Shown here one piece after another: positions 34,245 to 47,727 of a DNA stretch of 64,000 bases (position 1 is its first letter; each line of letters begins with the position of its first letter). Source of the DNA: Eledone cirrhosa (lineage: Eukaryota). The DNA lies in the NCBI GenBank assembly GCA_964016885.1, contig OZ024744.1, positions 26,598,001-26,662,000 on the forward strand, given 5' to 3'. Position numbers and translations under genes: made by a program. The notes beneath the pieces were generated by a model. The model searched no databases. It was not told the origin of the DNA and worked only from the letters and a program-made list of their open reading frames with translations.

Positions 34245-35184
34245 TATTTAACACACACACAGGAAGAACCAGTTCATAATTTTTAAGAAAAATTAAGCAT
34301 ACAGACATATTTTAGGAAACTTATGAATTCCTGTACGCACACACACACACAAACACTTACACAGATACACACAGACACACGCACAGACAGACACACACGC
34401 ATACAGACACATACACTAACACACATATACCATACACACACTGATACATACGCACATATGCACACACGCTAACACACACATACACACGCACATACACACT
34501 TAAACCTATATATATGTATATATATAGAGAGACGCACATAATATACATATATAATATATATATTATATATATATATATATTATATATACACACACACACA
34601 CATATAACACACACCCATATATAAAACACACACACGCACACACATATAACACACACACATATATAACACACACACGCACATACATACACACACACATACA
34701 CACACACATAATAACACACACACATATAATACACACATACACACGCATACACACACATATAACACACACAGACACACGCATACACACACATATAACACAC
34801 ACACATATATATATATATATTATATGCTCAGCCCCAGTGAGTTGGTTAAAACACCAAAAGCCAGTCTTAAAGTTGTCGTCTGTAAATTCAAAAACTCGGC
34901 TGTGTCTGGCTAGATCTCCATGGTAACTACTCCAAGGTCGCCCGTGCCATGGCTGGGAACGCAGGTGTCACGTGCTGGTCTAGAACGCTGGTTGTTGGAA
35001 TCAGTGGTCGACGACATAACATATATATTATGTGTGTGGAATAGTATAAATATTTCTTCGTATTTACTAACATATATATATATATTATATATTATATATA
35101 CATACATTATATATATATTATTAATATATTACATACGTACATTTATTTATATATATATATATATTTATTAAAATAAAAGATTAA

Positions 35185-35235
35185 AGTTTAAGCAAAGAAT
35201 CGGTGCTTTCACCCTTAACGGGATCTTCTGAAACT
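35185..35235 (-). ncRNA. Hammerhead-like fold, family A (best-paired copy)
   Basis: Minus: agttt CAGAAGA t ccc gttaa ggg t GAAA gca ccgattctt tgc TT aaact. Confidence 0.6.
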
Positions 35236-35447
35236 AACCAATATATATATATTCCTGGTGATTTCTCAAGAATGAAACAGTTCTAGTCTATATATATATT
35301 ACACACACAGAAATGTATATATATTTCTTAGAACAAAATTATTATTAATGTTTTGCTGTTCATAACAAATGGAATTGAAAATTTACTTTTGAAATTATTA
35401 GTTATTTTACTAATGCTTAGATATGTAAAAATGAAGCAATGTTTCTA

Positions 35448-35639
35448 ATAATTGTTTCTACTTTTGGCACAAGGCCAGCAATTACCCAGTACATTACTGG
35501 TACTTCATTTATCGACCCCGTGAGGATGAAAGGCAAAGTTAACCTCGGCAGTATTTGAACTCAGACCGTAAAGGGACGTAACTACATGCTATGAAGCATG
35601 GTGTCCGATTCTCTACAGATTCTTCCAATCCACCGCCCT
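35448..35639 (-). mobile_element. tRNA-headed SINE
   Basis: Reverse complement of the family consensus. Confidence 0.87.
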
Positions 35640-35911
35640 AATGTATGTACGTAATGAGGGAGTGAGAGGGGAGAGAAAGAAAGGCAGAGGTGAAGTGACG
35701 AAGTGACTCTCTCCTCCTCCTCCTCCTCCTCCATCTCCCCATTCGTCACAGCGATAGAGGGGAGGAATGTTAGTGTGTTACAAAGAGAAAGAGTGAGAGT
35801 GAGAGAAACAGCCAGACTAAAAGAGAGGGATAGCTGGAGAGAGAGAGAGATAGCAACCACGCGCGCACGTGTTTCCACTGTCGGACAGACAGACAGAGAA
35901 ATTGCTGGTTA

Positions 35912-36846
35912 TCTATATATATAAAACTGAGGTTGTCTGTCTGTCTATCGATTTTTGGCACACATCTCCTCTTAGAATCTCTCACGGAATTGCACCGAAA
36001 TTGCTATACTTGTACATTGAGCCCTAGCGAAGACATCGGAAAAAAAAAATTTCAAATTGACCCACCCTATGTGACGAAATCGAATATAATGTATCGATTT
36101 TTGAGCGTAAGTTATCAGTTATTTCCCTTTGTTCTGTTTACATTGAGCGTCTTACGTAAAAAATTACGCTGGCTTTTTCAGCGTTTAAAATGACATTAAC
36201 ACAATACACGAACAGTTGTCGTCGAGCCAGCAAAATATTGACCTGCAAAATTCATCAGTTCGAACACTAAGCTTCCGTTTTGCTTCATTTCCATTTAAAA
36301 GCATTTTAAAACAATATTTTTACTTGAAAACAATTCTATTTAAAGACTACGTAAAACAAGCAAATATTTCGTCGTTAGGCGTGCAGACAGACAGTCGTGC
36401 AGAGAGGTGATATACGCGTGCAGACAGACAGTCGTGCAGAGAGGTGATATAGGCGTGCAGACAGACAGTCGTGCAGAGAGGTGATATAGGCGTGCAGACA
36501 GACAGTCGTGCAGAGAGGTGATATAGGCGTGCAGACAGACATAACTGATAATTTGGTTACGCTAATGTTTTTCTCTGCGTTGCAGTGTTTACATTTTCGA
36601 TCTTTGTTAATAAATAACCAGTGCAGTTTTTATCCCCAGCATCCTCTTTTGTTATAGCATTCGGGTTATCGTTATGTTTTCTTAACTTCATAAGGCATAT
36701 TGTTGGTTGAGGGAATATTAATCAAAAACACCACATGCAAGTCTGCACAGTAGACACTACAGTTTTTAAGCCAAAAAAGAAACTTAACATTGTAACTTTA
36801 ACACAGCTACTGAGCGACCCCGAGCAACGCCGGGCTTTACTGCTAG
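35912..36846 (+). mobile_element. Non-autonomous Helitron containing a 37-bp minisatellite (36378-36540)
   Basis: a|TCtatatatataaaa start; end cccgagcaacgccggg ctttactg CTAG|t. Confidence 0.8.
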
Positions 36847-36854
36847 TATATTAT

Positions 36855-37140
36855 AAGGAGATATAAGGAAAAGAACTTGAAAATGCAACTGGAGTCTTTT
36901 AAGAATATTTATTTATTTACTTTACCGGTTTCACAGTTCTTATAATTTTCAAAAGTAAAATTGAGATGGAGGGTTTGTGATTCTGTTGTGGTTTATCGAA
37001 ACACAAATCCTCTATTTTAATTTCACTTTCGAAAATCATAACAACTGTGAAACCGCTGAAGTATATAAATAAATATTCTCAAAAGACATAGTTTCCTTTT
37101 CAATTTCTTTTTCCTTATACTTTCACCAGTGTAGGATATC
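36855..37140. mobile_element. Older inverted-repeat unit of hammerhead family D
   Basis: Homologous to 18153-18445; minus-strand motif tttactt TTGAAAA ... GAAA ccgg TA aagtaaa at ~36916-36959. Confidence 0.65.
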
Positions 37141-37173
37141 TCGTTTTTTTGGGGGTTTTTTTAAATCTCATTT

Positions 37174-37217
<44 letters not shown>

Positions 37218-37304
37218 TTTACTCTTTTACCTGTTCCAGCCATCCGGTTGAGGCAATGCTGGGGCACATACATATATACATGATATATATATATATGTAT
37301 GTAT

Positions 37305-37372
<68 letters not shown>

Positions 37373-37374
37373 AG

Positions 37375-37740
37375 ATTGCTCTTCAGCGCTATTGGTATCA
37401 TGGAACCCTGTACAACCTATCGTAAGCGACTAAACTGGCTACTCCACCAAGCTTGCTTTGTGAGGAGGGTGATTTAGGAGACCCTGCGGGATGAAAAACA
37501 AGACACGAATGGTGGAGGAACTCAAAAGAGACAACTGCCATCCATTGAAGTTGTTTTGTTGTGGACCGCGAGTCTCCTTCTCATCATCAAGACATCTTTC
37601 TAGGAGAAGGTCATTCAGAAATAAAAGCTACGACTTAGTTTACATCCAATGTGCATCCAGCTCTTCTTTTGGGGCAAATGTATACGATGTTCAGAGGGTG
37701 GGACTGGCTCCGTGTATAGACTTTCTCACATAAACAAGCT
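37375..37740 (+). mobile_element. Probable RTE-type LINE 5' UTR fragment
   Basis: Homologous to 60550-60720; carries ctaggagaagg...gaaataaaa, a motif I recall from RTE 5' UTRs. Confidence 0.45.
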
Positions 37741-37768
37741 TCAATCACAACATACAACACACGCACAT

Positions 37769-37838
<70 letters not shown>

Positions 37839-38000
37839 TTATTAATGGAAAAAATGAAGTTGCCGAACACTGTACGGCTAATAAATCGGGCTGTTTGTTT
37901 ACAAACAAACCGAACTTTATAATAAATGTTCTGTAAACTCATACGTACATATACATATGTGTACATGTATATATGTATATACATACTACCGTACGTCTGT

Positions 38001-38109
<109 letters not shown>

Positions 38110-38126
38110 AAGATAGATAGATAGAT

Positions 38127-40725
38127 ATATTTCTTTGTTTGCCACAAGGGGGTACAAAAATGGGAAATTAGAAGACGTGACGGCGGTGGTTTTACATAAG
38201 ATCATCTTTAACAATAATAATTGTTTCTACTATTGGCACAAGGCCAGCAATTACCAGTACATTACTGGTATTTTATTTTATCGACTCCGTAAGGATGAAA
38301 GGCAAAGTGAACCTCGGCGGGATTTGAACTGAGACCGTAAAGCATGGCGTTCGACCTTCTACTGATACAGTGAATCCTCGAATAACAGCAAACTATATAC
38401 AAAATAAAACAATCGAAATCACCAATAGGAGGGAACGTTACTGCGGGGTTGTTTACAACCCATGGATAGAACAACCCTCAACACTAGGAACACGTTTTGT
38501 ATGTGTTCCCGTCTTCCTTCTCTTTATCTTCCTCAACCTACAGGTATACATACTCGGGCCATTTTCACATCATATTCACCCTCCTTTCAGCGAATTTACT
38601 AGGGTGAAACACCTCTCTCTCCACTCTCACCTCCCTTCTGAAGTGGTACTTAAAGAAGGGAATGAGTTGTTGTCCGGAGAGAAATGTGTTTGCCCTCAGT
38701 CCTTTTAACCTTGTTCACCATATTACCTCTTTCGCCATAGCCACCAGACAGAGGTAACCGCCTCTCCTTCATTCATAAATGAAGACGGCCGGTGATCTCA
38801 CGATGGACTCGGCTGACAACTGGATGAGTCCCACACGTGACAGTAGCTGTTCGATATAATTCCACAGGTCGGTCACCTCTGGGCACTGAACAATTGCATT
38901 GCAGAACGGTTTCAATGCCTTGCTCGCAACTTGGACAGGTCCTTTTGGCAGGATCTTTTTCAGGGCGGCCGTGCCTGTAGATTTTGTCTCGAACTGTTAG
39001 AGCCCCTCGGTGGCACTGCCATTTATCCATAGGCCCTGGACGGAAAGTCCTCCCGAACAGACTGGACAGTTCGTCCTCCTAGATGTCTAGAGTTTCCCCG
39101 AGAACGTCGTCGAACTTATCCTCCACTAATTGCCTATAGAATGTCGAAGTGGAGTCTCCGATGATTGCCGTTTTCGCTGGATAGAGGGCTGGGAGCGCCT
39201 GATGGCACTCGAGGTGCCAGGCGCCATTTTTGGTCTTCGCTTGACCCAGGACTGCAGCTCTGTTACTGAGACGAGTTATGGAAGAGCTTGTCTCACAAAC
39301 GACAGCCACACCAGTTCACCGGTCAGGAATACCTGGAGATGGCGTAGCCTCAGCGCATGTTTGCGCATCATCAACCACGGCATGTCCAGCCCTCCATTAG
39401 AAGGGTGTTGACAGCAGATGGAACTCCTCACCAATGGAGCCTGTTTCTTCCAGAGGAACTTGAAGAGTTGGCGTTCCATTTTGGTGAGGTTCGATCGGGA
39501 TGCCCTGCAACAGCTCCAGCTTCCGCAGTAATGGCTCGAGGGACAGTACATACAGAATGGAGAGGAGAGAGCATCCCTGGCGGATGGAACGCATGATTTG
39601 GAATCTGCCGAGCATGGCGTGCATGGCAGCGATCTAGCCTCTGAAGACGGGATCAAAACGGGTCGCCTTGAGAACCGCTTCCAAGTATTGATTATCGACC
39701 CTATCAAAAGCCTTCGACTGATCTAAATTGACCAGAGCCCCACCGACGCCAGGTTTACACCCTATCCTCTCTAAGATGTATCGCATGAGGTGGAGGTTGT
39801 CGTGTATGGACCTGGTCAGGAATGCACACGTTCGCGCTTCCTCAAGCAGGTTCTCGACGACAAGCGCCAGCCTCGTTTCTAACACCTTGGCCAAAACCTT
39901 TAACTCTGTGTTGAGCAGAGTTATGGGCCTGAAGTTGCTCATCTCACCCCCCTTGTTCTCATCTTGCCAGTTGCAGTAGACGGCTTCGAGGTCGCCAGAG
40001 AACAAGTCTGGGGTGGGGCATAGGGTAGAGCATCTAGACCGTGTGATTTGTGTTTCCCACAGCGGCCTAGGCCATCCTCTATTTCGCCCGTTGTGATCGG
40101 CTTTCGCAGCCGACGGCATCCGTGCTCGAGAGTTGCCGTCGAGGTAGGAACTGAAGTCCATCACTTCGCTCGACGTACCTTTTTGCCCGAACAGTTGGGC
40201 AAAGTGCTGCTGGAAGGCCATGCACATCTGCTTGGAATCAAGTAGCACGCGTCCGTTTTGGTCTTTCGAAAACAAAATCGTGAACTTGTTGCCACTTTTT
40301 GCCTCTGCCACTCGGACCCAGCTAACAGCTTTTGGTCCCTCATTTCCTAGAGCACGTGATCTACTGACAACGCAGCCTTCGTGTTTCGCGTTGAAGAACT
40401 GGTCTAGTGCCATCTTCGCCGCTAACACGTCAGCTGTACTGCCATTCCTAAGTGTCTGTTCTACTTTAGCTACCAATTCCTTTTCAGTTTTGTTCTTCTC
40501 TAAAGCTTTTCCTTACTAAAAGCTATGGACTCTACTCTAATTGCTCTCTTGAAAGAGCACCACCACCTATTGTTGACGATGGCTCCCGTCAACTGGTGTT
40601 TAACTAAACTACTTATCCGTCTACTCTAGGCTTCACGCGTCGGTAACGATATATTCAGCTTCCAGTATCCGGGTCCCTGTCTATGGTTGACTATGTAGGT
40701 GACAGTATCCGGGTCTCTATCTAAC
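38127..40725 (-). mobile_element. Tx1-like LINE copy A (EN C-terminus to 3' end, internally deleted; SINE inserted at ~38215-38372)
   Basis: GPGYWKLN, FRPITLLNTELK, LDQSKAFDRVD, GGLDMP, CPSC; 3' end runs into (TATC)n on the sense strand. Confidence 0.85.
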
Positions 40726-43700
40726 TGGGCACACTCGGTGTGGCAGGCGCCCAGTTTTCTCGGTCTTTGCTTGACCCAGGATTGCAGCTCGGTGAGTGAG
40801 ACGAGTCTGGGAAAGGCTCGCCTCACAAACGGGGCCCACACCGGTTGACCGGAGCGGAATACCTGGAGGTGCCGTAGCTTTAATGCGTGTTTACGTATCA
40901 TTAGCCATGGCATCCCCAGCCCTCCTTTCGAAGGGTGTTGACAGCAGATGGATCTCCTCACCATAGGATCCCGCTTCTTCCAAAGGAATTGGAAGAGTGC
41001 GCGCTCCATTTTGGCGAGCGTTTCCCTTGGGCAAGGCACAATGGCCAGGCGGTAGTAGATGACGGACGCTATATAAGTGTTCGCCACCTCCGCCCGACCT
41101 TTCAGGGACAGTTTGCACTCGGCCCATTTCTGTGTCAGTGCAAACACCCTGCTCGTTACCTCACCGCCGTTCTTCTCCACCTGGAGGTCTGGTCCGAACC
41201 AGACCCCGAGCAACTTCACCGGGCCCTCCGTCCAGCGCCCGACGACGCCATTGGAGGGCATCGATCTTCCCCTCCAGGCGCCGATTTTCAGACCAATTGA
41301 CTTATCCCGGTTCAGCTTAGCCCCTGTAAACCTTTTCGTACTCCTCCAGTAAGGTGCCGATCGCCCCGATTTCTGAGGCTGTCGACACCATTACTGTCAC
41401 GTCATCGGCGTAGGTCGACACCGCTTTCCGCAATCCCGGTTCCAACGGGATGCCCTGCAACAACTCAAACTTCCGCAGCAGTGGCTCTAGAGTCATTACA
41501 TACAGAAGGGAGGAGCGAGGGCACCTTTGTTGGATGGACCGCGCGATTTCGAACGGCTCCGAGAGGTAGCCGTTCACCTTGACCCTAGAGCAGATGCGGC
41601 TGCTGTGCATGGCATTGATCCAGCCCCTGAAAACTCGTCCGAAGCCTGCCGCTGCTAGCACCGCATCCAGGTAACCATGGTCGACCCTATCGAACGCCTT
41701 AGATTGATCCAAGTTGATCAGGCCCCCACCAAAACCGGGTTCCTTCCCAACCCTCTCTATGATGTATCGCATGAGGTGGAGGTTGTCATGGATGGACCTG
41801 GACGGGATAGCACATGTCTGCGCATCTCCCACCAGGTTTCCCACGACAAGCGCCAACCTCTTTGCTAACACCTTGGCCAAAATCTGTAACTCTGTATTCA
41901 GCAGAGTTATGGGCCTGAAATTATCGATATCGTCCTCCTTGTTCTCGTCCTTCCTCACTAGCGTGACTACGCCCTTGGTCACAGCACAGGGAATTCTCCC
42001 GTTCTGTTGCTAGTTGCAGTAGACCGCCTCGAGGAGATCGGGGAACAAGTCCGGCATAGCTATATATAGTTCGTATGGAAGACCATCGAGACCCGGGGAT
42101 TTTCGTTTGCCGCATTGGCTTAGCACGTCCTCTATCTCAGCGGCTGAAATTGGCTCCTCGCTGGACTTCGCCTCCCTGTCCGCGAGACGCGGCAGGCCGT
42201 CGAGGTATGGACCGAAGTCCACATCCCCAACCGGCTCCCCGTCCCTTCCGAACAATCCGGCAAAGAGCTTTTGAAAAGCCTCGCACATCTGCTTAGGTTC
42301 AAGGATCACCCGTCCATCCTGGTCTCGCAAAGACCGGATAGTGGATCTGCTCCCTCTTTTGGCTTCTGTCACGCGGGCCCAGCTAACAGCTTTGGTCCCC
42401 TCGTTTCCCAGAGCACTTATTTTGCTTCGGACGATGCAGCCTTCGTGTTTCGCGTTGAAGAACTGGCCCAGGGCCGTTCTCGACGCTAGCACACTGGCCA
42501 CGTCGCCGCTTCTAATTGCCTTTTATACACTATCTACCAACTCCCTTTCCTTCCTATTTCTATTTGAGGGTAACTCCTTACTAAATTCTATAGAGACTAC
42601 TCTAATCTCTCTTTTGAGAGATCCCCACCACCTGCTGTTGACGATGGCGCCCGTCAACCGCTCCTTAACTAAAGTGCTAATCCGGTCCCAGTAAGCCTTA
42701 CTTGCCGGTAAGGACAAGTTTAGTTTCCAGTAACCGGGTCCCTGTCTATGAGTTCTGTCAAGGTTGACCATGCAGGCCACTAACTTGTGGTCTGAATAGC
42801 CAACCATGCGCATTTTTGGACAACTTAAAAAGTCCTTATCCTTAATTCTAACTAAGAACCTATCTAGGTACGACCTAGATGATCCGCTACGATTTGCCCA
42901 AGTCTAGGTTGGCGCAGTCGGAAAATCTAGTCGATATCTATCGGCCAGGTCAAATCGACCGATTAACCCTTTGAGGCTATTACACACCTCTCTATCGAGA
43001 CAGGCCCCTACGTAGTCCCAGCGTGCATCTAGGATACCATTCCAGTCCCCCACTAATAGCAAGGAGCGGGATGTCCCTAGAAAGTCTCCTGACGATGGAA
43101 GAAGTCCGGCCGTATTGACCCAAAAGGGCCGTAGGCGGCTACCAACCTAAACGCTCCGCCTTTACCACTGCCAAGGTCCAGAACCACTAGTCGACCCTCC
43201 GGGTCCAAATGTATCATCTGTGTTGCGAGACCCAGATGTGTTTGCAGTAGAACGACAACCCCACCCCCACCACCGTGCTGACTGAGAGATGCGTGCATCT
43301 CAAAGTCATCAAAGGTGGGGGCCAGCTATCGCACGTTGCTGATCCGGGCCTCGCAAATAACCATCACATCTATACGTTGTGACCTGAGGTCATTTAGAAG
43401 CATTGCTTGCTTCCAAGTTGAGCCCAGGCCACGCGCATTTAAACAGCCTACTCTTAGCATAGCCATGTTGGTGGTGAAGAGAAAAGGCACTTACCTCTCT
43501 GAGTCCCGGGTATCGGGCTGCACAAATTCCATGAGGGTGGGGGATGGGTTGTTGGGTGGGGTGGTAGTTTGTGGAAGTGTAGGGGCATCAGTGTGTTGTG
43601 TGGTTGGGGTGTTTGGAATCGTGCGGGTGTTTGGGGAGGGGGTGGGGTAGTTTTTTAGGAGGACGCGGTTAATGGGCTCGACGCAGTTGTTTTTTAAAGT

Positions 43701-45450
43701 TTTATAAGTGTCCTGTGGGGCCTTAATCATTTTGAGGTGGGGGAAATCCCCTGCCTGGGTGAAGTTAGGCCCTTGGGTTTTTATTAAATTGTTGTTGTAC
43801 ACAATGTTTAACAGTTTTTTGTTTCTTGTGTTTATGTATGTGTATGCATGTTTTTGTGTTTGTGTGGTGTTTTTTGTTTGCTGTTGTTGTGAGCTCTTTT
43901 GTGTTGGTGTCAATGTTATGTTTGGGGGGGGGTTTCATTTGTGTGTCTGAGGTGTGTTTTCTTTTTTTTCTTTTGATTGTGTGGAAGTGCTCCTCCTCGT
44001 CTGACGACGAACTAGGGTCATCTTCCGCGTTGGAGGGGGGGGGTATATTTTCGGGTTGTGTTTGCGGTGCGGGTGTTTTGGAAATTGTTTTTTTTTTAGT
44101 GGGGGGGATGGGTTGGGCATTGTTTTGTTTTGGTTTGAGCTGTGGTTGTTGTTTTTGTAGTGGTAGTTGTGGTGATTGTGTTGGTTGTGCAGTTGTTGGT
44201 GTTGTAGGCAGGATTGGGGTTTTCTTATTAAGTTGGGGACAGACAGCCCTCAGGTGACCTCTGGTTCCACAGAGGAAACGCGAGGGCCGCCTACCCTCAA
44301 CGGTAATGTTGATGAAAGTTTGATCATCCAGTATGACGCGTTCAGGGATCTGGGCGATCCTTTCGGGCCTCATTTGAACTACTAGTTCGAGGCTCGTTCC
44401 ACTGAACGCGTCACCCGATGCCTTTCCCATGGACACCAGCGTGTCATCATCCAGGTTCAGGAAACCTGTCAAAAACCCACCATATGTCCATAATCGGCAG
44501 GATGGTGTGGATTTTTATTTTTTGTGTCCTTCTACCCATGTACGTAGGGTAGAAGGTGTATGCGGTGGAAGTAATTGGTTTGATGGACAGTTTCACTGCT
44601 GTGTCCCTGTCCTTCATGAGAATGGATAGACTCCCGTAGAGTCTATCCTTCTGAATGAAGGTGATATCCTTCATGACGTCTTTTAAAACCAGCTCTATCT
44701 CACTCTGTGATGGTTGAGCTGGTTTTTTGCTTTTATTTGAGATTGTCCTAAACATGACAGTGTTTAGGAGTCTCTGGCTTTTTAGTTCCGGGGGGAGGGG
44801 GTGAATCGAAAATGTACCATTTTCCCCGTACAGTATATATTTTTTGGCATCTGCCAGTAGCTCCTTCGCTTTGGTTATATCTACTGGCAGATAGTCGAGA
44901 GTTTTCCTTGCCGTCTGGGCGAAGGAGACCTTTTCCTTGTTTGTGTTGCTGTTGTAGTTGGTGGTGTTGTTGTTATCATTGTTGTTGGTCTTATTGTTGC
45001 TGTTATTGTTATTGGTGTTGTTTTCGTCCGTAGTATTGTTGTTGTTGTTGTTGTTGTTGCTGGTGCCGCTGGTTCTTTGGTTTGTTGCCATGGAAACGTC
45101 AAGTTGTCGGTCAGCAGGTGGAGAAAATCCTTCCTCTGGCTGACCTTTGTCTTTAACATCTGCTACTATGACAGTGGCAGGGGAAGCTGTAAGCTTATCT
45201 TCCCCTTTCCTCCTTCGAATTTTGGTGAAGAAGCTTCAGCCATTTAAAAAAAATGTTAACTTTTCAACAAAAAAACTTTTTGTTTAACTATTTCGCCTAA
45301 AGGCGTAGAATATTTTGAGAGACTGACCAGATCAAAATTTGACCTGGCAGTCCCTCTACAAAATGGTACAAAAATTAAAGTTTACAAACAGGAATTTCTA
45401 TAGAAATTTAAACAGAACTTACTCAGCAAGTTACACGCGTGTGTCCATCC
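40726..45450 (-). mobile_element. Tx1-like LINE copy B (5' UTR, ORF1, EN, RT; 3' part missing)
   Basis: ORF1 pieces 44447-45091, 43765-44472 and 43491-43913; ORF2 starts MAMLRVGCLNARGLG at 43466; SDHK, GPGYWKLN, KSPGLDGLPYE, YADDVT, LLGVWFG. Confidence 0.88.
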
Positions 45451-45486
45451 TAGAGAGACAGATGAATAGATAGAGAGAGAGATATC

Positions 45487-46938
45487 TTTCACCGGTTAGG
45501 AATACCTGGAGATGGCGTAGCCGCAGTGCGTGTTTGCGCATCATCAGCCACGGCATGCCCAGCCATCTATTAGAAGAGTGTTGACAGCAGATGGATCTCC
45601 TCACCAATGGAGCCTGTTTCTTCCAGAGGAACTTGAAGATTAGGCGTTCCATTTTGGTGAGGTATTCCTGGGGACAAGGCACGACTGTCAAGCGCTAGTA
45701 GATGACGGACCCTATGTAACTGTTCGCCAACTCCGCTCGACCTGTCAAAGCGAGTTTGCACTCAACCCACTTCTGGGTGAGTGCGAACACCTTCGCCGTG
45801 ACCTCGTTTCAGTTCTTGTCCACCTGGCGGTCTTGACCAAACCAGACCCCGAGCAATTTCACCGGTCCTTCTGTCCAGCGTCCAACGACACTGTCGGAAG
45901 GCATGGGTTTGCCTCTCCATGTGCCGAGTTGCAAAACGACAGAATTGTTTGGGTTTAGTCTTGCTCCTCTCAACGTTTCGTATTCCTGTAATAGGTTGCC
46001 GATTACCACAATTTCCGAGGTTTTCGACACCATAACGGTTATGTCGTCGGCATAGGCCGATGCTGCGTTCCACTGTCCTGGTTCGATCGGGATGCCCGGC
46101 AACAGCTCCAGCTTGCGCACTATCGGCTCGAGAGTCAGTACATACAGAATGGAGGAGAGAGGGCATCCCTGACGGATGGAACGCATGATTTAGAATGGCT
46201 CTGATAGGTAGCCATTCACCTGGACTGCCGAGCAGATGCTGGTGTGCATGACAGCGATCCAGCCTCTGAAGACGGGACCGAAGCCGGCCGCCTTGAGAAC
46301 AGCTTCCAAATATTGATGGTCGCCCATATCAAGTGCCTTAGACTGATCTAAATTGGTCAGAGCCCCACCGAAGCCAGATATACACCCTACACTCTCTATG
46401 ATGTATCGCATGAGGTGGAGGTTGTCGTGTATGGACCTGGTCATGATTGTACACGTTTGGGCTTCCCCTACCAGGTTCTCGACGACAAGCGCCAGCCTTG
46501 CTGCTAACACCTAGGCCAAAATCTTTAACTCTGTGTTGAGCAGAGTTATGGGCATGAAATTGCTTGTCTCATCCTCCTTGTTTTCATCTTTCCTGATCAG
46601 CGTTACTACGCCTCTGCCTACAGAACTGGGAATCCTCCCGTTCTCCTGCCAGTTGCAGTAGACCGCTCCGTGGACGCCAGAGATCAAGTCTGGCATGCCT
46701 ATGTAAAACTCATAGGGTAGACCATCTAAACCGGCTGATTTGCGTTTCCAGCAAAAGCCTAGGGCATCTTATATTTCGCCCTCTGTGATAGGCCTTTCGC
46801 AGCTCTTGGCATCCGTTCTCGAGAGTCGCGGTACGCCGTCGAGGTAGGAGCTGAAGTCCATCACCTCCATCAATGTACCGCTTTGCCCGAACTGTTGTGC
46901 AAAATACTGCTGGAAGGCCGTGCACGTGCACATCTGCT
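45487..46938 (-). mobile_element. Tx1-like LINE copy C (RT fragment)
   Basis: IRQGCPLS, AYADDIT, LLGVWFG in broken ORFs. Confidence 0.85.
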
Positions 46939-46942
46939 TAGA

Positions 46943-47660
46943 TATATTTCTTTATTTGCCACAAGGTGGCACAAAAAAGGGGTCAATATAAAGACACATG
47001 CCGGGGGTTTACATACAATCGTGTAAAAATATTACTAAAACAAGCAAATTAAACAATCGATATCCCCGATAGAGGGGAGGCGTTACAAATGGGTTGTTTA
47101 ATACCCCGTAGATAGAACAACCCTCAATTTCAGGAGCGTGTTGTGAAAGTACTCCATTCTTCCTTTTGCTCTCATCTTCAACCTACAGGTTTATATACAG
47201 AGAAGGCCCAATCACTCGGGCCATTTTTGCTACATTGACCTACCTTTCAGTAAATTTACTGGGGTGAAGTGCCCCTCTCTCCACTCTGATTCTCCTTCTA
47301 AAATGATACTTAAAGAAGGGAATCAATTGTTGTCCGGAGAGAAAGGCATCTGTCCTCAGTCCTCTCAATCTCGTCCACCATATAACTTCTTTCACCATAG
47401 CCACCGTACAGAGGAAAACCGCCTCTCTTTCGTTTTTGAAAAAGGCTGGCGGCTTGAACCTTACTATGGACTCGGTAGTCAACTGGATTTGTCCCATACC
47501 CAACAGCAGTTGTTCTGCGTAGTTCCACAGGTCGGGTACAGCCGGGCAGTCTACAATTGCGTGCAAGACGGTTTCAATTTCCTGCTCGCATCTTGGACAC
47601 GTCCTCTTAGAAAGATCCCTGCCGGGCATCCGTGCCTGTAGATCTTATCTCGAACTAGTA
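46943..47660 (-). mobile_element. Tx1-like LINE copy D (5'-truncated 3' end)
   Basis: CPRCEQEIETVLHAIVDCP zinc motif; AATAAA 3' end; (GATA)n at its 5' junction. Confidence 0.85.
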
Positions 47661-47727
47661 GACAGGTGGATAGATAGGTAGATAGATTGATATATTTCAG
47701 ATAGATAGATAGATAGATAGATAGATA

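Noticed and set aside
36378-36540. 37-bp repeats (and the 38-bp repeats at 61260-61590) as CRISPR arrays
   Set aside because: Contiguous tandem units with no unique spacers, no cas genes, eukaryotic context
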